DNA of 15,333 bases, taken from contig JASFVE010000047.1 of assembly GCA_050049995.1 (NCBI GenBank), positions 1 through 15,333 of the forward strand, given 5' to 3'. The notes below the pieces were generated by a model, which was not told the origin of the DNA, searched no databases, and worked only from the letters and a program-made list of their open reading frames with translations. Below, in pieces: positions 1 through 7,579 of this stretch; the first letter of the stretch is position 1, and the number at the start of each line of letters is the position of its first letter. Origin of the DNA: Chlamydiota bacterium. Lineage in GTDB: Bacteria; Chlamydiota; Chlamydiia; Chlamydiales; SM23-39. The translations under genes were made by a program, and so were the position numbers.

Positions 1-283
1 TAAGGTAAAAAGGACATATGAAAATCTTTCTTTGGTAGAAATACGTTTACATACCGGAAGATACCATCAAATTAGAGTGCAGATGTCTTTAAGTAAACAT
101 CCTGTAGTTGGAGATAAAAAATATAAAAGTAGATGGATGCTAGATGAAGGGATAGCACTGCATCATGCAAAAATAGAGTTAGAACATCCCGTAACTAAAG
201 AAAAAATGCTTTTTACTTCAAATGCGCCTTTTGAGGTGTCCATTGAACAATACCTGTTCCAGACCAATGCCCAAAAGAAGTAA
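1..283 (+). CDS. RluA/RluD-family RNA pseudouridine synthase, C-terminal part (5' truncated by window edge)
   Basis: Frame is open from position 2 (KVKRTYENLSLVEIRLHTGRYHQIRVQ...). It contains the family motifs TGRxHQIRV, HPVVGDKKY and IALH, and stops at TAA 281-283. Confidence 0.9.
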   Translation, partial: KVKRTYENLSLVEIRLHTGRYHQIRVQMSLSKHPVVGDKKYKSRWMLDEGIALHHAKIELEHPVTKEKMLFTSNAPFEVSIEQYLFQTNAQKK

Positions 284-947
284 GGTCAAGCTTTGGATGT
301 TTTATATCTCTCCACATTTTAAGCATGGTCCATACTCTAATGTCATCAAAAATAAGTATAGGGGGATTTTCAAAAGCAAGCTTTTGAAAGTGTTGCATAA
401 TTTTTTCCTCCAAAACTCCGTCATGAGTGGCATCAATAAAAATTAAATCGGCACTTTGTAGAAGGTTTTTGTGCTTTTCTACGTTTTCATAATAAAAAAG
501 ATTGTCCGTATATTGAACAAGCCTGTTATCAGAAAAGTCCTTCTCTTTTAAGAGTGTATCTTCATAGTTTTGCCAAGAGGTAATGTCAAAGGTTGCAATT
601 TTACCATCCCTGGATAGTGTTTTTTTCATACTTAGAGCAGAAGTTCCTGTTGCTGTTCCAATTTCCACGATCACTTTAGGAGCTAGAACTTTTACTAGTC
701 CTGAAAGAAATTTATAGTGTTCTCCTGGCCAAATATTAGGAAAATAAGGAGGGGTTTTCATTCTAAGGGCAACTTCCTGGAGATCCATAAGTGCTGCTTG
801 TTCAACCGCTTTTAATGATAAGCTGATTAAAGAAGAAGTGGGTATTGAAGGATCATCATGGGTAGATGCAATCATAGAGTATTCACGATGTGATGCTCTA
901 ATGGGAAATGGTAAAGCCTTATGAATGTAATTTTTTTTCTTAAACAT
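213..947 (-). CDS. Class I SAM-dependent methyltransferase (Methyltransf_24-like), ~244 aa
   Basis: Motif I VEIGTATGTSA, acidic residue in TFDI, DLIFIDATHDG and LIFDDI. Start placed at ATG 947 (MFKKKNY) because the ORF-track start at 1013 lies inside asd. Confidence 0.8.
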   Translation of the reverse strand: MFKKKNYIHKALPFPIRASHREYSMIASTHDDPSIPTSSLISLSLKAVEQAALMDLQEVALRMKTPPYFPNIWPGEHYKFLSGLVKVLAPKVIVEIGTATGTSALSMKKTLSRDGKIATFDITSWQNYEDTLLKEKDFSDNRLVQYTDNLFYYENVEKHKNLLQSADLIFIDATHDGVLEEKIMQHFQKLAFENPPILIFDDIRVWTMLKMWRDIKHPKLDLTSFGHWSGTGIVQWTPQKAHLK

Positions 948-966
948 ACCTACTGGATATTCAACC

Positions 967-1956
967 TTAATAATCTTTTTTTTCAATCTTTTTTTCTGCA
1001 ATTTGAACTGCATTTAATGCAGCTCCCTTTAAAAGTTGGTCGCCAACTACCCACATTTCTAGACAGTTAGCATTAGATGTATCTTTCCTTAGCCTTGAAT
1101 AAAAAACATCGTTTTTTTGTGAAGCAGTCTGACTTGTTGCAAATTCAGCGTGAGCTAAATTAGAGAGTTCTTTTAACCCAGATATGCATTGAAGGTCCTT
1201 TTGAACCTGATCTAAAGAAAAGGGCTTTTCAAGTTCTACATTCAATGCAATGCTATGCGCTCGTAGAACTGGAACACGGACAGAAGTAACACTTATCTGA
1301 ATAGTCGGAGCATCTAAGATTTTTTTAACCTCGAAAATTATTTTCTTTTCTTCTTCACTATAGCCATCAGCATCATGCGTTGAATTATGTAAATAAGCAT
1401 TAAACGCTATAGAGTCTTCTTTTACGTTTTCTTGTAAGTGAGCTCTAGTATCTTGAAGAAGACGTGATAAAAGTTTATTCCCACCACCACTTGATGCTTG
1501 ATAAGTCGATGCAATCACTCGCTTTATGGCATATTTTTGATGAAGGAGAGAAAGCGGAAGAGAAATAATAGTAGCTATACAATTAGGAGAAGCTATCAGT
1601 TTTTGACCTAGTGCACTTTCCCAATTTACTTCAGGAACAATCAAAGGGATGTTTTCTTTTTGTCTAAAAGCGCTACTTAAATCTATGACTAATGCTTTTT
1701 TACGTAGGGCAATAGGCACAAGCTCTGTACTCACTTTGCTACTAGAACAAAAAAATACAATATCATCCTTTTCAAAAGATGTAGAACAAAGAGGGGTTAT
1801 TTGAATAGGTTTTTTCTTAAAGTATATGCATTTTCCTACAGACTTTTCAGAAGCAAACAATTGCAATTTATTGATTTTTAAGGTCGATTTTTCCAACAAG
1901 AGCAAAAGCTCTTTTCCTACAGCGCCTGTTGCACCTACTACTGAAACATTTATCAT
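967..1956 (-). CDS. asd: Aspartate-semialdehyde dehydrogenase
   Basis: VVGATGAVG Rossmann motif, DLSSAFR, VPEVN, catalytic PNC, STYQASSGGG, VRVPVLRAHS, and GDQLLKGAALNAVQIAE. Confidence 0.97.
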   Translation of the reverse strand: MINVSVVGATGAVGKELLLLLEKSTLKINKLQLFASEKSVGKCIYFKKKPIQITPLCSTSFEKDDIVFFCSSSKVSTELVPIALRKKALVIDLSSAFRQKENIPLIVPEVNWESALGQKLIASPNCIATIISLPLSLLHQKYAIKRVIASTYQASSGGGNKLLSRLLQDTRAHLQENVKEDSIAFNAYLHNSTHDADGYSEEEKKIIFEVKKILDAPTIQISVTSVRVPVLRAHSIALNVELEKPFSLDQVQKDLQCISGLKELSNLAHAEFATSQTASQKNDVFYSRLRKDTSNANCLEMWVVGDQLLKGAALNAVQIAEKKIEKKDY

Positions 1957-2008
1957 TAAATCTACAAAATGCTATTTTACACCGATTGTAATGAATTAGG
2001 GGTATGAT

Positions 2009-2632
2009 ATGAAAGAACAAATTCTAGAGGAAGTTGACTCGGCAATAAAAGCTGTTGAAAAGCTGCGCGAAGAAAAGGCACTTTCGTTTATCGAAACAGC
2101 AGCAGAACTTATTGCTCAATGCTTTTTGCAAAAAGGAAAAATTATCATAGCAGGAAATGGCGGAAGTTTATGCGATGCTATGCATTTTGCAGAAGAGTTA
2201 ACAGGTCAGTTTAGAAAAAAAAGGATGGCCTTACCTGCAATTGCTTTAACGGACCCTGGATTGATTAGCTGTACAGCAAATGACTTTGGATATAACCAAG
2301 TATTTAAAAGAGGAGTTGAAGCATATGGATCTACTGGAGATATTTTTATTGCTTTAACTACCAGCGGAAATTCGGAAAATCTAATTGAGGCAGTTAAAAT
2401 GAGCAAGGAGCTAAAACTTACGACGATTGCTTTTTTAGGGAAAACCGGAGGGCAAATGAGGGGAATGTGTGATCTAGAATGGATAGTAGAAGGCTTTGCT
2501 ACGTCAGATCGAATACAAGAGGCTCACATGACTGCTATTCATATTTTGATTGAAATAGTAGAAAGAAAGCTGTTTGGATTGGAAAAACTAGAGAAACTAA
2601 AAAGTATTCATGAAAGTAGTCGAACAGTTTAA
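2009..2632 (+). CDS. gmhA: D-sedoheptulose-7-phosphate isomerase (phosphoheptose isomerase)
   Basis: GNGGSLCDAMHFAEEL, ANDFGY, TTSGNSEN and DRIQEAH motifs; SD-like AGGGG at 1998-2002. Confidence 0.93.
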   Translation: MKEQILEEVDSAIKAVEKLREEKALSFIETAAELIAQCFLQKGKIIIAGNGGSLCDAMHFAEELTGQFRKKRMALPAIALTDPGLISCTANDFGYNQVFKRGVEAYGSTGDIFIALTTSGNSENLIEAVKMSKELKLTTIAFLGKTGGQMRGMCDLEWIVEGFATSDRIQEAHMTAIHILIEIVERKLFGLEKLEKLKSIHESSRTV

Positions 2633-3695
2633 ATATAGAACTTTTTTATTTCATAAAAAAGTTCTTGGTAGTGATGCTTCCTCTTATAGGATACTAAAAG
2701 CTTTTTTGCTGTTTGCAAGCTACATATGGAAAGTTGTTGCAGCTTTTAAGTACTTTGCTATTAAATACAAAATTTTCCCAGTTTTTGAAGTAAAACCAGT
2801 AGTTGTCAGTGTGGGAAATATTGTAGCGGGTGGCACAGGAAAAACACCTTTGACAATATCTCTTTTAGAAGCTTTGGGAGAAAAGTATAAGCTAGGATTG
2901 CTTTCTAGGGGATATGGAGGTGTAAATTATAATCCTTTTCAACCCAGCTCAGATGAGCCAAAGCTTATTCAAAAAAAATTCCCTAATCTTCATTTTTTTA
3001 TTGGGAGAAACCGAGTGTTGCTCGCTAATGAAGCCGAAAAAAGAAATATAGATCTTTTAATAATGGATGATGGGATGCAGCATCGATATTTAAATCGAGA
3101 TATTGAGTTGGTTACACTGAATGCCAAAGATCTTTATGGTTATGGATACTTTTTACCTAGAGGCTTTTTGCGAGACTCTCCCAAAACTTTAAAAGATGCG
3201 GATGCTATTTTTTTAAATCACGTAAAAACAGAAAAGGAATATGAAGCTTTATGCAAAAGTGTGCGTACTTTTACAAAAGCTCCAGTTATAGGGATGAACC
3301 CTGTCATACATGAAATAATGGATATAAACGGGAATGTGATTGACATTGAAAAAAATAAGAAAATAGGCATTTTCTGCGGCATTGCAAATCCAGAAAATTT
3401 TAAAATTCTTTTACAAGAAAATCAGGCATCTGTGGTATCAGAGCTTTTTTTAGCAGATCATGAAAAGATTTCTGAAAAAAGACTTGTGGACTTTGCTCAG
3501 GGGTGTATTGATAAAGGTGCAAAATATTTGCTTTGCACAGAAAAAGATGTAATGTCTTTTTTCTCTGAGTTGCCAATCCCTGTGGGCGTTGTAAAAATGA
3601 AATTGCAATTTGATTTTGGAACGCATCACTGGGATAATATAGTTGAAAAAATATTAAATAGAGTAGATACTCTTCGTGAATCCTCCATAGAATAG
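2610..3695 (+). CDS. lpxK: Tetraacyldisaccharide 4'-kinase (lipid A 4'-kinase)
   Basis: SVGNIVAGGTGKTP P-loop, LSRGYG, DEP, MDDGMQH, LPRGFLRD, GIANP and TEKD; overlaps gmhA by 23 bp. Confidence 0.95.
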   Translation: MKVVEQFKYRTFLFHKKVLGSDASSYRILKAFLLFASYIWKVVAAFKYFAIKYKIFPVFEVKPVVVSVGNIVAGGTGKTPLTISLLEALGEKYKLGLLSRGYGGVNYNPFQPSSDEPKLIQKKFPNLHFFIGRNRVLLANEAEKRNIDLLIMDDGMQHRYLNRDIELVTLNAKDLYGYGYFLPRGFLRDSPKTLKDADAIFLNHVKTEKEYEALCKSVRTFTKAPVIGMNPVIHEIMDINGNVIDIEKNKKIGIFCGIANPENFKILLQENQASVVSELFLADHEKISEKRLVDFAQGCIDKGAKYLLCTEKDVMSFFSELPIPVGVVKMKLQFDFGTHHWDNIVEKILNRVDTLRESSIE

Positions 3696-3700
3696 AAAAT

Positions 3701-4927
3701 ATGAAAAGTTGGTTTAAAATATTAATTGGTTTAGTTCTGGGTATTATAGTTGGCCTTATAATGGGTCCAAAAGCCCAGATGTTCCAAATCTTTGGAAAAG
3801 CCTTTATTAACCTTCTGACAATGCTTGTTGTCCTTATTATATTTTCTTCGTTGGTTTCCGGCATCTGTCATATAAATGACCCTAAAAAATTAGGCCGTAT
3901 TGGCTTTAGGACCATTGCTTTTTATGTTTTCACTACTATAACAGCTGTAGTTATTGGGATTGTACTTGCTAAAGTTTTCAAACCAGGCGTTGGTCTTTCT
4001 CTTTCTGTTGCACAAGGTGCTGCAACATCTGCACCTGAAATGGATATGAAAAATTTCTTTCTTTCATTAATCCCTTCTAATCCTTTTGCCTCTTTTGCTG
4101 AAGGCAATGTTCTTCAAATTATAATTTTTGCTGTTTTCTTAGCAATTGCCATTACTTTTACCAAGGAAAAAGGAAAACCACTGTTAAAAGTAATAGAATC
4201 AGTTGCTAGTACTATGCATACCTTAACTCACTTTGTAATGCTTTTAGCTCCCTATGGTATTTTTGCTTTGATTGCGTCTACTATTGGATCAATAGGGTTA
4301 AAGATTATTCTCCCACTTCTAGAATTTCTATTAGTTAACTACATAGCATGTTTTGTTCAGCTTTTTGTAGTGTTTGTAATATGCATCCGTTCTTTAGCGG
4401 GTTTAAAAGTTATCCCTTTTTTCAAAGGGATGAAAGACGCTATTTTACTTGCGTTTTCTACCTCTAGCAGTGCTGCTACTTTACCTGTTGCCTTAGAATG
4501 CACACAAAAACACTTAGGGATATCTCAAGATATTTCGGGATTCGTTCTTTCATTAGGGTCCACTATTAATATGAATGGAGCTGCCATCGGGCAAGCTGTT
4601 TCAGCAATTTTTATTGCTCAAGCTTATGGCATTGAGCTTGGGATGACAAAAATAATCATACTTGTTTTTATTTCACTAATGTCAGCTATTGGTGCTGCTG
4701 GTATTTCCGGAACTGGATTAATTATGCTTTCTCTTGTTTTAGGAGTAATGGGGCTTCCCTTAGAGGGGATTGCACTTGTAGCAGGAGTTGATCGCCTTAG
4801 GGAAATGCTATCATCTGTAATCAATGTTTTAGGCGATGCAGTCGCAGCGTTAATTGTAGCAAAAAAAGAAAAAGAAATTGACACTTCAGTCTACTATAAG
4901 GCTACTTGGGTTGATTCAGATATTTGA
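3701..4927 (+). CDS. gltT: Dicarboxylate/amino acid:cation symporter (DAACS/SDF family; chlamydial GltT-like)
   Basis: Multi-TM protein with IPSNPF, FSTSSSAATLP (HP1), GSTINMNG (TM7) and VDRLREMLSSVINVLGD (TM8). It lies between lpxK and the E2 gene as in Chlamydia. Confidence 0.9.
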   Translation: MKSWFKILIGLVLGIIVGLIMGPKAQMFQIFGKAFINLLTMLVVLIIFSSLVSGICHINDPKKLGRIGFRTIAFYVFTTITAVVIGIVLAKVFKPGVGLSLSVAQGAATSAPEMDMKNFFLSLIPSNPFASFAEGNVLQIIIFAVFLAIAITFTKEKGKPLLKVIESVASTMHTLTHFVMLLAPYGIFALIASTIGSIGLKIILPLLEFLLVNYIACFVQLFVVFVICIRSLAGLKVIPFFKGMKDAILLAFSTSSSAATLPVALECTQKHLGISQDISGFVLSLGSTINMNGAAIGQAVSAIFIAQAYGIELGMTKIIILVFISLMSAIGAAGISGTGLIMLSLVLGVMGLPLEGIALVAGVDRLREMLSSVINVLGDAVAALIVAKKEKEIDTSVYYKATWVDSDI

Positions 4928-4935
4928 GGTTCATC

Positions 4936-6093
4936 ATGGAAGAAGTAGAAATCACTTTACCAAAGCTAGGAGAAAGTATCGTTGAAGCTACGGTCGTTCA
5001 GTGGTTTAAACAAGAGGGTGAGGCAGTTCAACTGGATGAGCCTTTATTAGAAGTTTCAACTGATAAGGTAAATAGTGAAATTCCTTCACCTTTTGAAGGC
5101 ATAGTGAAAAAAATCCTGGTGAGGCCAGATGAACAAGTTAAGGTAGGGGATCCTTTAGTTGTTTTATCAACAGGAAAGCCATCCGAGGTATCCGAATCTA
5201 AAATAGTTGAACAAGAAAAATCTACTTCATCTGAAGATCTTTCTAATTTTTACTCACCTGCAGTTTTAAAACTGGCTAAAAATGCTAATATTTCCTTAAC
5301 GGAACTAGATGCTATTCCTAAGACTGGAGAAGGAGGAAGGCTCACTAAAAAAGATTTAGAAAAATATCTTGAGGAGAAACAAACACAGCCGGTATCTCTA
5401 AAAACTGAAAGAGTTAAAATGTCCTCTATGCGAAAAATGATCGCTGAGAACATGGTTCGTTCCTTCTATGAAGCTCCTCATGCATCTTTAGTCTCGGAAG
5501 TTGACGTCACAGACATTGTTAAATTTATAGCAAAAGAAAAAGAGCAATTTTTACAAAAACATGGGGTAAAACTGTCTATTACTTCGTTTGTAGCCAAAGC
5601 CCTTGCTAAAGCTTTGCAAACATATCCTCTGTTAAACTCTTCTTTAGAAGATGATACGATAGTTATGAAAAAATATATTAATTTAGGCATCGCTGTCAGT
5701 ATTGAGAATGGCGTTTTAGTACCTGTAATTCACAACTGTCAAGATTTGTCTATTCCTGAGATCTCTCAGCAGATTTACTCTCTAGCATCTAAAGCGCGCT
5801 CAAATAGCTTAGATCCATCAGAAATTTCCAATGGAACAATCACTCTTACTAATTTTGGTATGATGGGAACTCAAATAGGAATACCTATTATTAGATTTCC
5901 TGAGGTAGCCATCATAGGTCTTGGCGCTATTTCAAAAAAGGTAGTCGCGTTAAGCGATGATTCTATAGCTATCAGATCTATTATGATGGTTAGCTTAACT
6001 TTTGATCATCGTGTTTTAGACGGCATGTATGGATGTGGCTTCTTAAAAGAACTTAAAAATAACTTAGAATCTCAAGAGCTAAATATCGACTGA
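4936..6093 (+). CDS. 2-oxoacid dehydrogenase complex E2, dihydrolipoamide acyltransferase (single lipoyl domain; chlamydial sucB_2/BkdB-like)
   Basis: Lipoyl domain EVSTDKVNSEIPSP, E3-binding domain (SPAVLKLA...TGEGGRLTKKD) and catalytic FDHRVLDG. ATG 4936 has SD GAGGT at 4926-4930. Confidence 0.93.
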   Translation: MEEVEITLPKLGESIVEATVVQWFKQEGEAVQLDEPLLEVSTDKVNSEIPSPFEGIVKKILVRPDEQVKVGDPLVVLSTGKPSEVSESKIVEQEKSTSSEDLSNFYSPAVLKLAKNANISLTELDAIPKTGEGGRLTKKDLEKYLEEKQTQPVSLKTERVKMSSMRKMIAENMVRSFYEAPHASLVSEVDVTDIVKFIAKEKEQFLQKHGVKLSITSFVAKALAKALQTYPLLNSSLEDDTIVMKKYINLGIAVSIENGVLVPVIHNCQDLSIPEISQQIYSLASKARSNSLDPSEISNGTITLTNFGMMGTQIGIPIIRFPEVAIIGLGAISKKVVALSDDSIAIRSIMMVSLTFDHRVLDGMYGCGFLKELKNNLESQELNID

Positions 6094-7515
6094 AGAAAAC
6101 TTTGGTATACCGTCTAGCGTATATAAGTTCTCTGTTTTAATAATATCTAAGCCAACTCGGTCAAAATCCTGCAAAAGTTTAATAATGACATCTTGAGCTA
6201 TAGCTTTTAAATCGTCTGATAGAAAGCGGATCCTATATTGGTCAGATAAAGAGGTATCTGGATGTAAATGGGGCCAAATTATAACACCTCTATTACTAAT
6301 GAATTTTAGATGTAGGGAAGCTTCAGAAGCGTGAGACACCTTATCAAAAAAGCTGTTCAAATTTCCTTTAGAAAAAATAGTAATATCTACACCTACCAAC
6401 TCTCTTTTTAACACCGGATAGACTTTAGGGTTATGTTTGTAAGGTTCTTTCGGGTTTGTATGATGTACTTTTGAAAGGTTAGTAGGCTCTTTCCCCAAAT
6501 TACTAACTACGCACTTGGCAAATTCTTGTGTTCCCACACACTTTTTACTGATTTTTTTATTAAAGATATCTTGAGTATGTATTCCCTCTTCCATGGTTTT
6601 TAGCCAAGCGTTATGAATTAAATTGGCAGTGGCTGATTGGGAAATATGAACCAACATTAAAATAGCTGCATGGAGAAGGCCGGATGGATTAGCAATATCT
6701 TGGTTGGCAATGGTTGGAGCAGAGCCATGAACAGCTTCAAACATTGAGCCTTTAACGCCAATGTTAGCGCTTCCACAAAGCCCTACTGACCCTGTTATCT
6801 GGGCTGCGATATCAGAAACAATGTCACCATATAAATTCGGCATAACCACAACATCAAAATCTTCTGGCGTATCAGATATTTTTGCGGTGCCAATATCTAC
6901 AATCAAATGATCATTAAGAATATCAGGATATTCTTTAGCTATTTCATCAAAAATCTTATGAAACATGCCATCTGAGATTTTTAAGATATTATCTTTAGTA
7001 AAACAGGTGACTTTTTTTCTGCTTTGCAGCTTAGCAAATTCAAAGGCAAAGCGAATAATTTTTTCAGAACCTAAGCGAGAAATAAGCTTTAGTGATTCAC
7101 AAACATCAGGGGTTTGTTGGTATTCAATGCCGCAGTAAAGATCCTCTTCATTTTCACGTATGATAACGACATCCATATCGGGATGCTTAGTGTTTATGAA
7201 GGGAAAATAGGAAACACAAGGACGCACATTGGCAAAAAGTCCAAGAGTTGTTCTAATAGTAACACTCAGACTTTTATAACCTCCTCCTTGAGGAGTCGTT
7301 ATGGGAGCTTTCAAAAAAGCTCTACAATCCTTCAGTATATCCCATACACTGGGCTCTATCCCGGTTTTTATCCCTCGTAAATAAACAGCCTGTCCTATTT
7401 CTATTTCTTTATAATCTAGCTCAGCACCAGCTTCCTGCAAAATAAATAGACATGCCCTCATAATTTCAGGGCCAATGCCATCTCCCTTAGCAATTGCAAT
7501 AGGTATTTTTTCCAT
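6079..7515 (-). CDS. icd: Isocitrate dehydrogenase, ~480-aa type with C-terminal extension (as found in Rickettsia/Thermus/Xanthomonas)
   Basis: GDGIGPEI, LKAPITTPQGGGYKSL, ANVRP, IRENEEDLY, TKDNI, IVDIG, NLYGDIVSD and FEAVHGSAP, plus a ~130-aa C-terminal domain. ATG 7515 is preferred over the TTG at 7551, which coincides with the predicted -35 box. Confidence 0.88.
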   Translation of the reverse strand: MEKIPIAIAKGDGIGPEIMRACLFILQEAGAELDYKEIEIGQAVYLRGIKTGIEPSVWDILKDCRAFLKAPITTPQGGGYKSLSVTIRTTLGLFANVRPCVSYFPFINTKHPDMDVVIIRENEEDLYCGIEYQQTPDVCESLKLISRLGSEKIIRFAFEFAKLQSRKKVTCFTKDNILKISDGMFHKIFDEIAKEYPDILNDHLIVDIGTAKISDTPEDFDVVVMPNLYGDIVSDIAAQITGSVGLCGSANIGVKGSMFEAVHGSAPTIANQDIANPSGLLHAAILMLVHISQSATANLIHNAWLKTMEEGIHTQDIFNKKISKKCVGTQEFAKCVVSNLGKEPTNLSKVHHTNPKEPYKHNPKVYPVLKRELVGVDITIFSKGNLNSFFDKVSHASEASLHLKFISNRGVIIWPHLHPDTSLSDQYRIRFLSDDLKAIAQDVIIKLLQDFDRVGLDIIKTENLYTLDGIPKFSSVDI

Positions 7516-7522
7516 ACTCAGC

Positions 7523-7551
7523 AATGTAGGAGATTTTTCAAAAGACTTCAA
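7523..7551 (-). promoter_or_regulatory. Putative sigma66/sigma70 promoter of icd (TTGAAG-N17-TACATT), 7 nt upstream of the ATG
   Basis: Minus strand: -35 TTGAAG (7551-7546), 17-nt spacer, -10 TACATT (7528-7523), then GCTGAGT-ATG. Confidence 0.6.
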
Positions 7552-7570
7552 TTTCTTTTGTTTTTATACT
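7542..7570 (+). promoter_or_regulatory. Possible kdsD promoter (AAGACT-N17-TATACT)
   Basis: -10 TATACT at 7565-7570, 9 nt before ATG 7580; weak -35 at 7542-7547. Confidence 0.4.
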
Positions 7571-7579
7571 TATGTAATT

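Noticed and set aside
222..446. 74-aa plus-strand ORF
   Set aside because: Lies antisense within the methyltransferase and has no motifs; shadow ORF.
948..1013. N-terminal extension of the methyltransferase ORF (MQFKLQKKRLKKK...)
   Set aside because: Overlaps the asd 3' end and is Lys-rich because of A-tracts; ATG 947 is more plausible.
2206..5690. Short antisense ORFs 2206-2406, 3400-3864, 3922-4107, 4624-4884, 5250-5453 and 5478-5690
   Set aside because: All lie opposite well-supported genes and show no recognisable domains.
7114..7380. 88-aa plus-strand ORF
   Set aside because: Antisense shadow inside icd.
7475..7579. 35-aa N-terminal extension of kdsD in the ORF track
   Set aside because: Overlaps the icd start head-to-head and spans the predicted promoters; KdsD-like sequence begins at ATG 7580.
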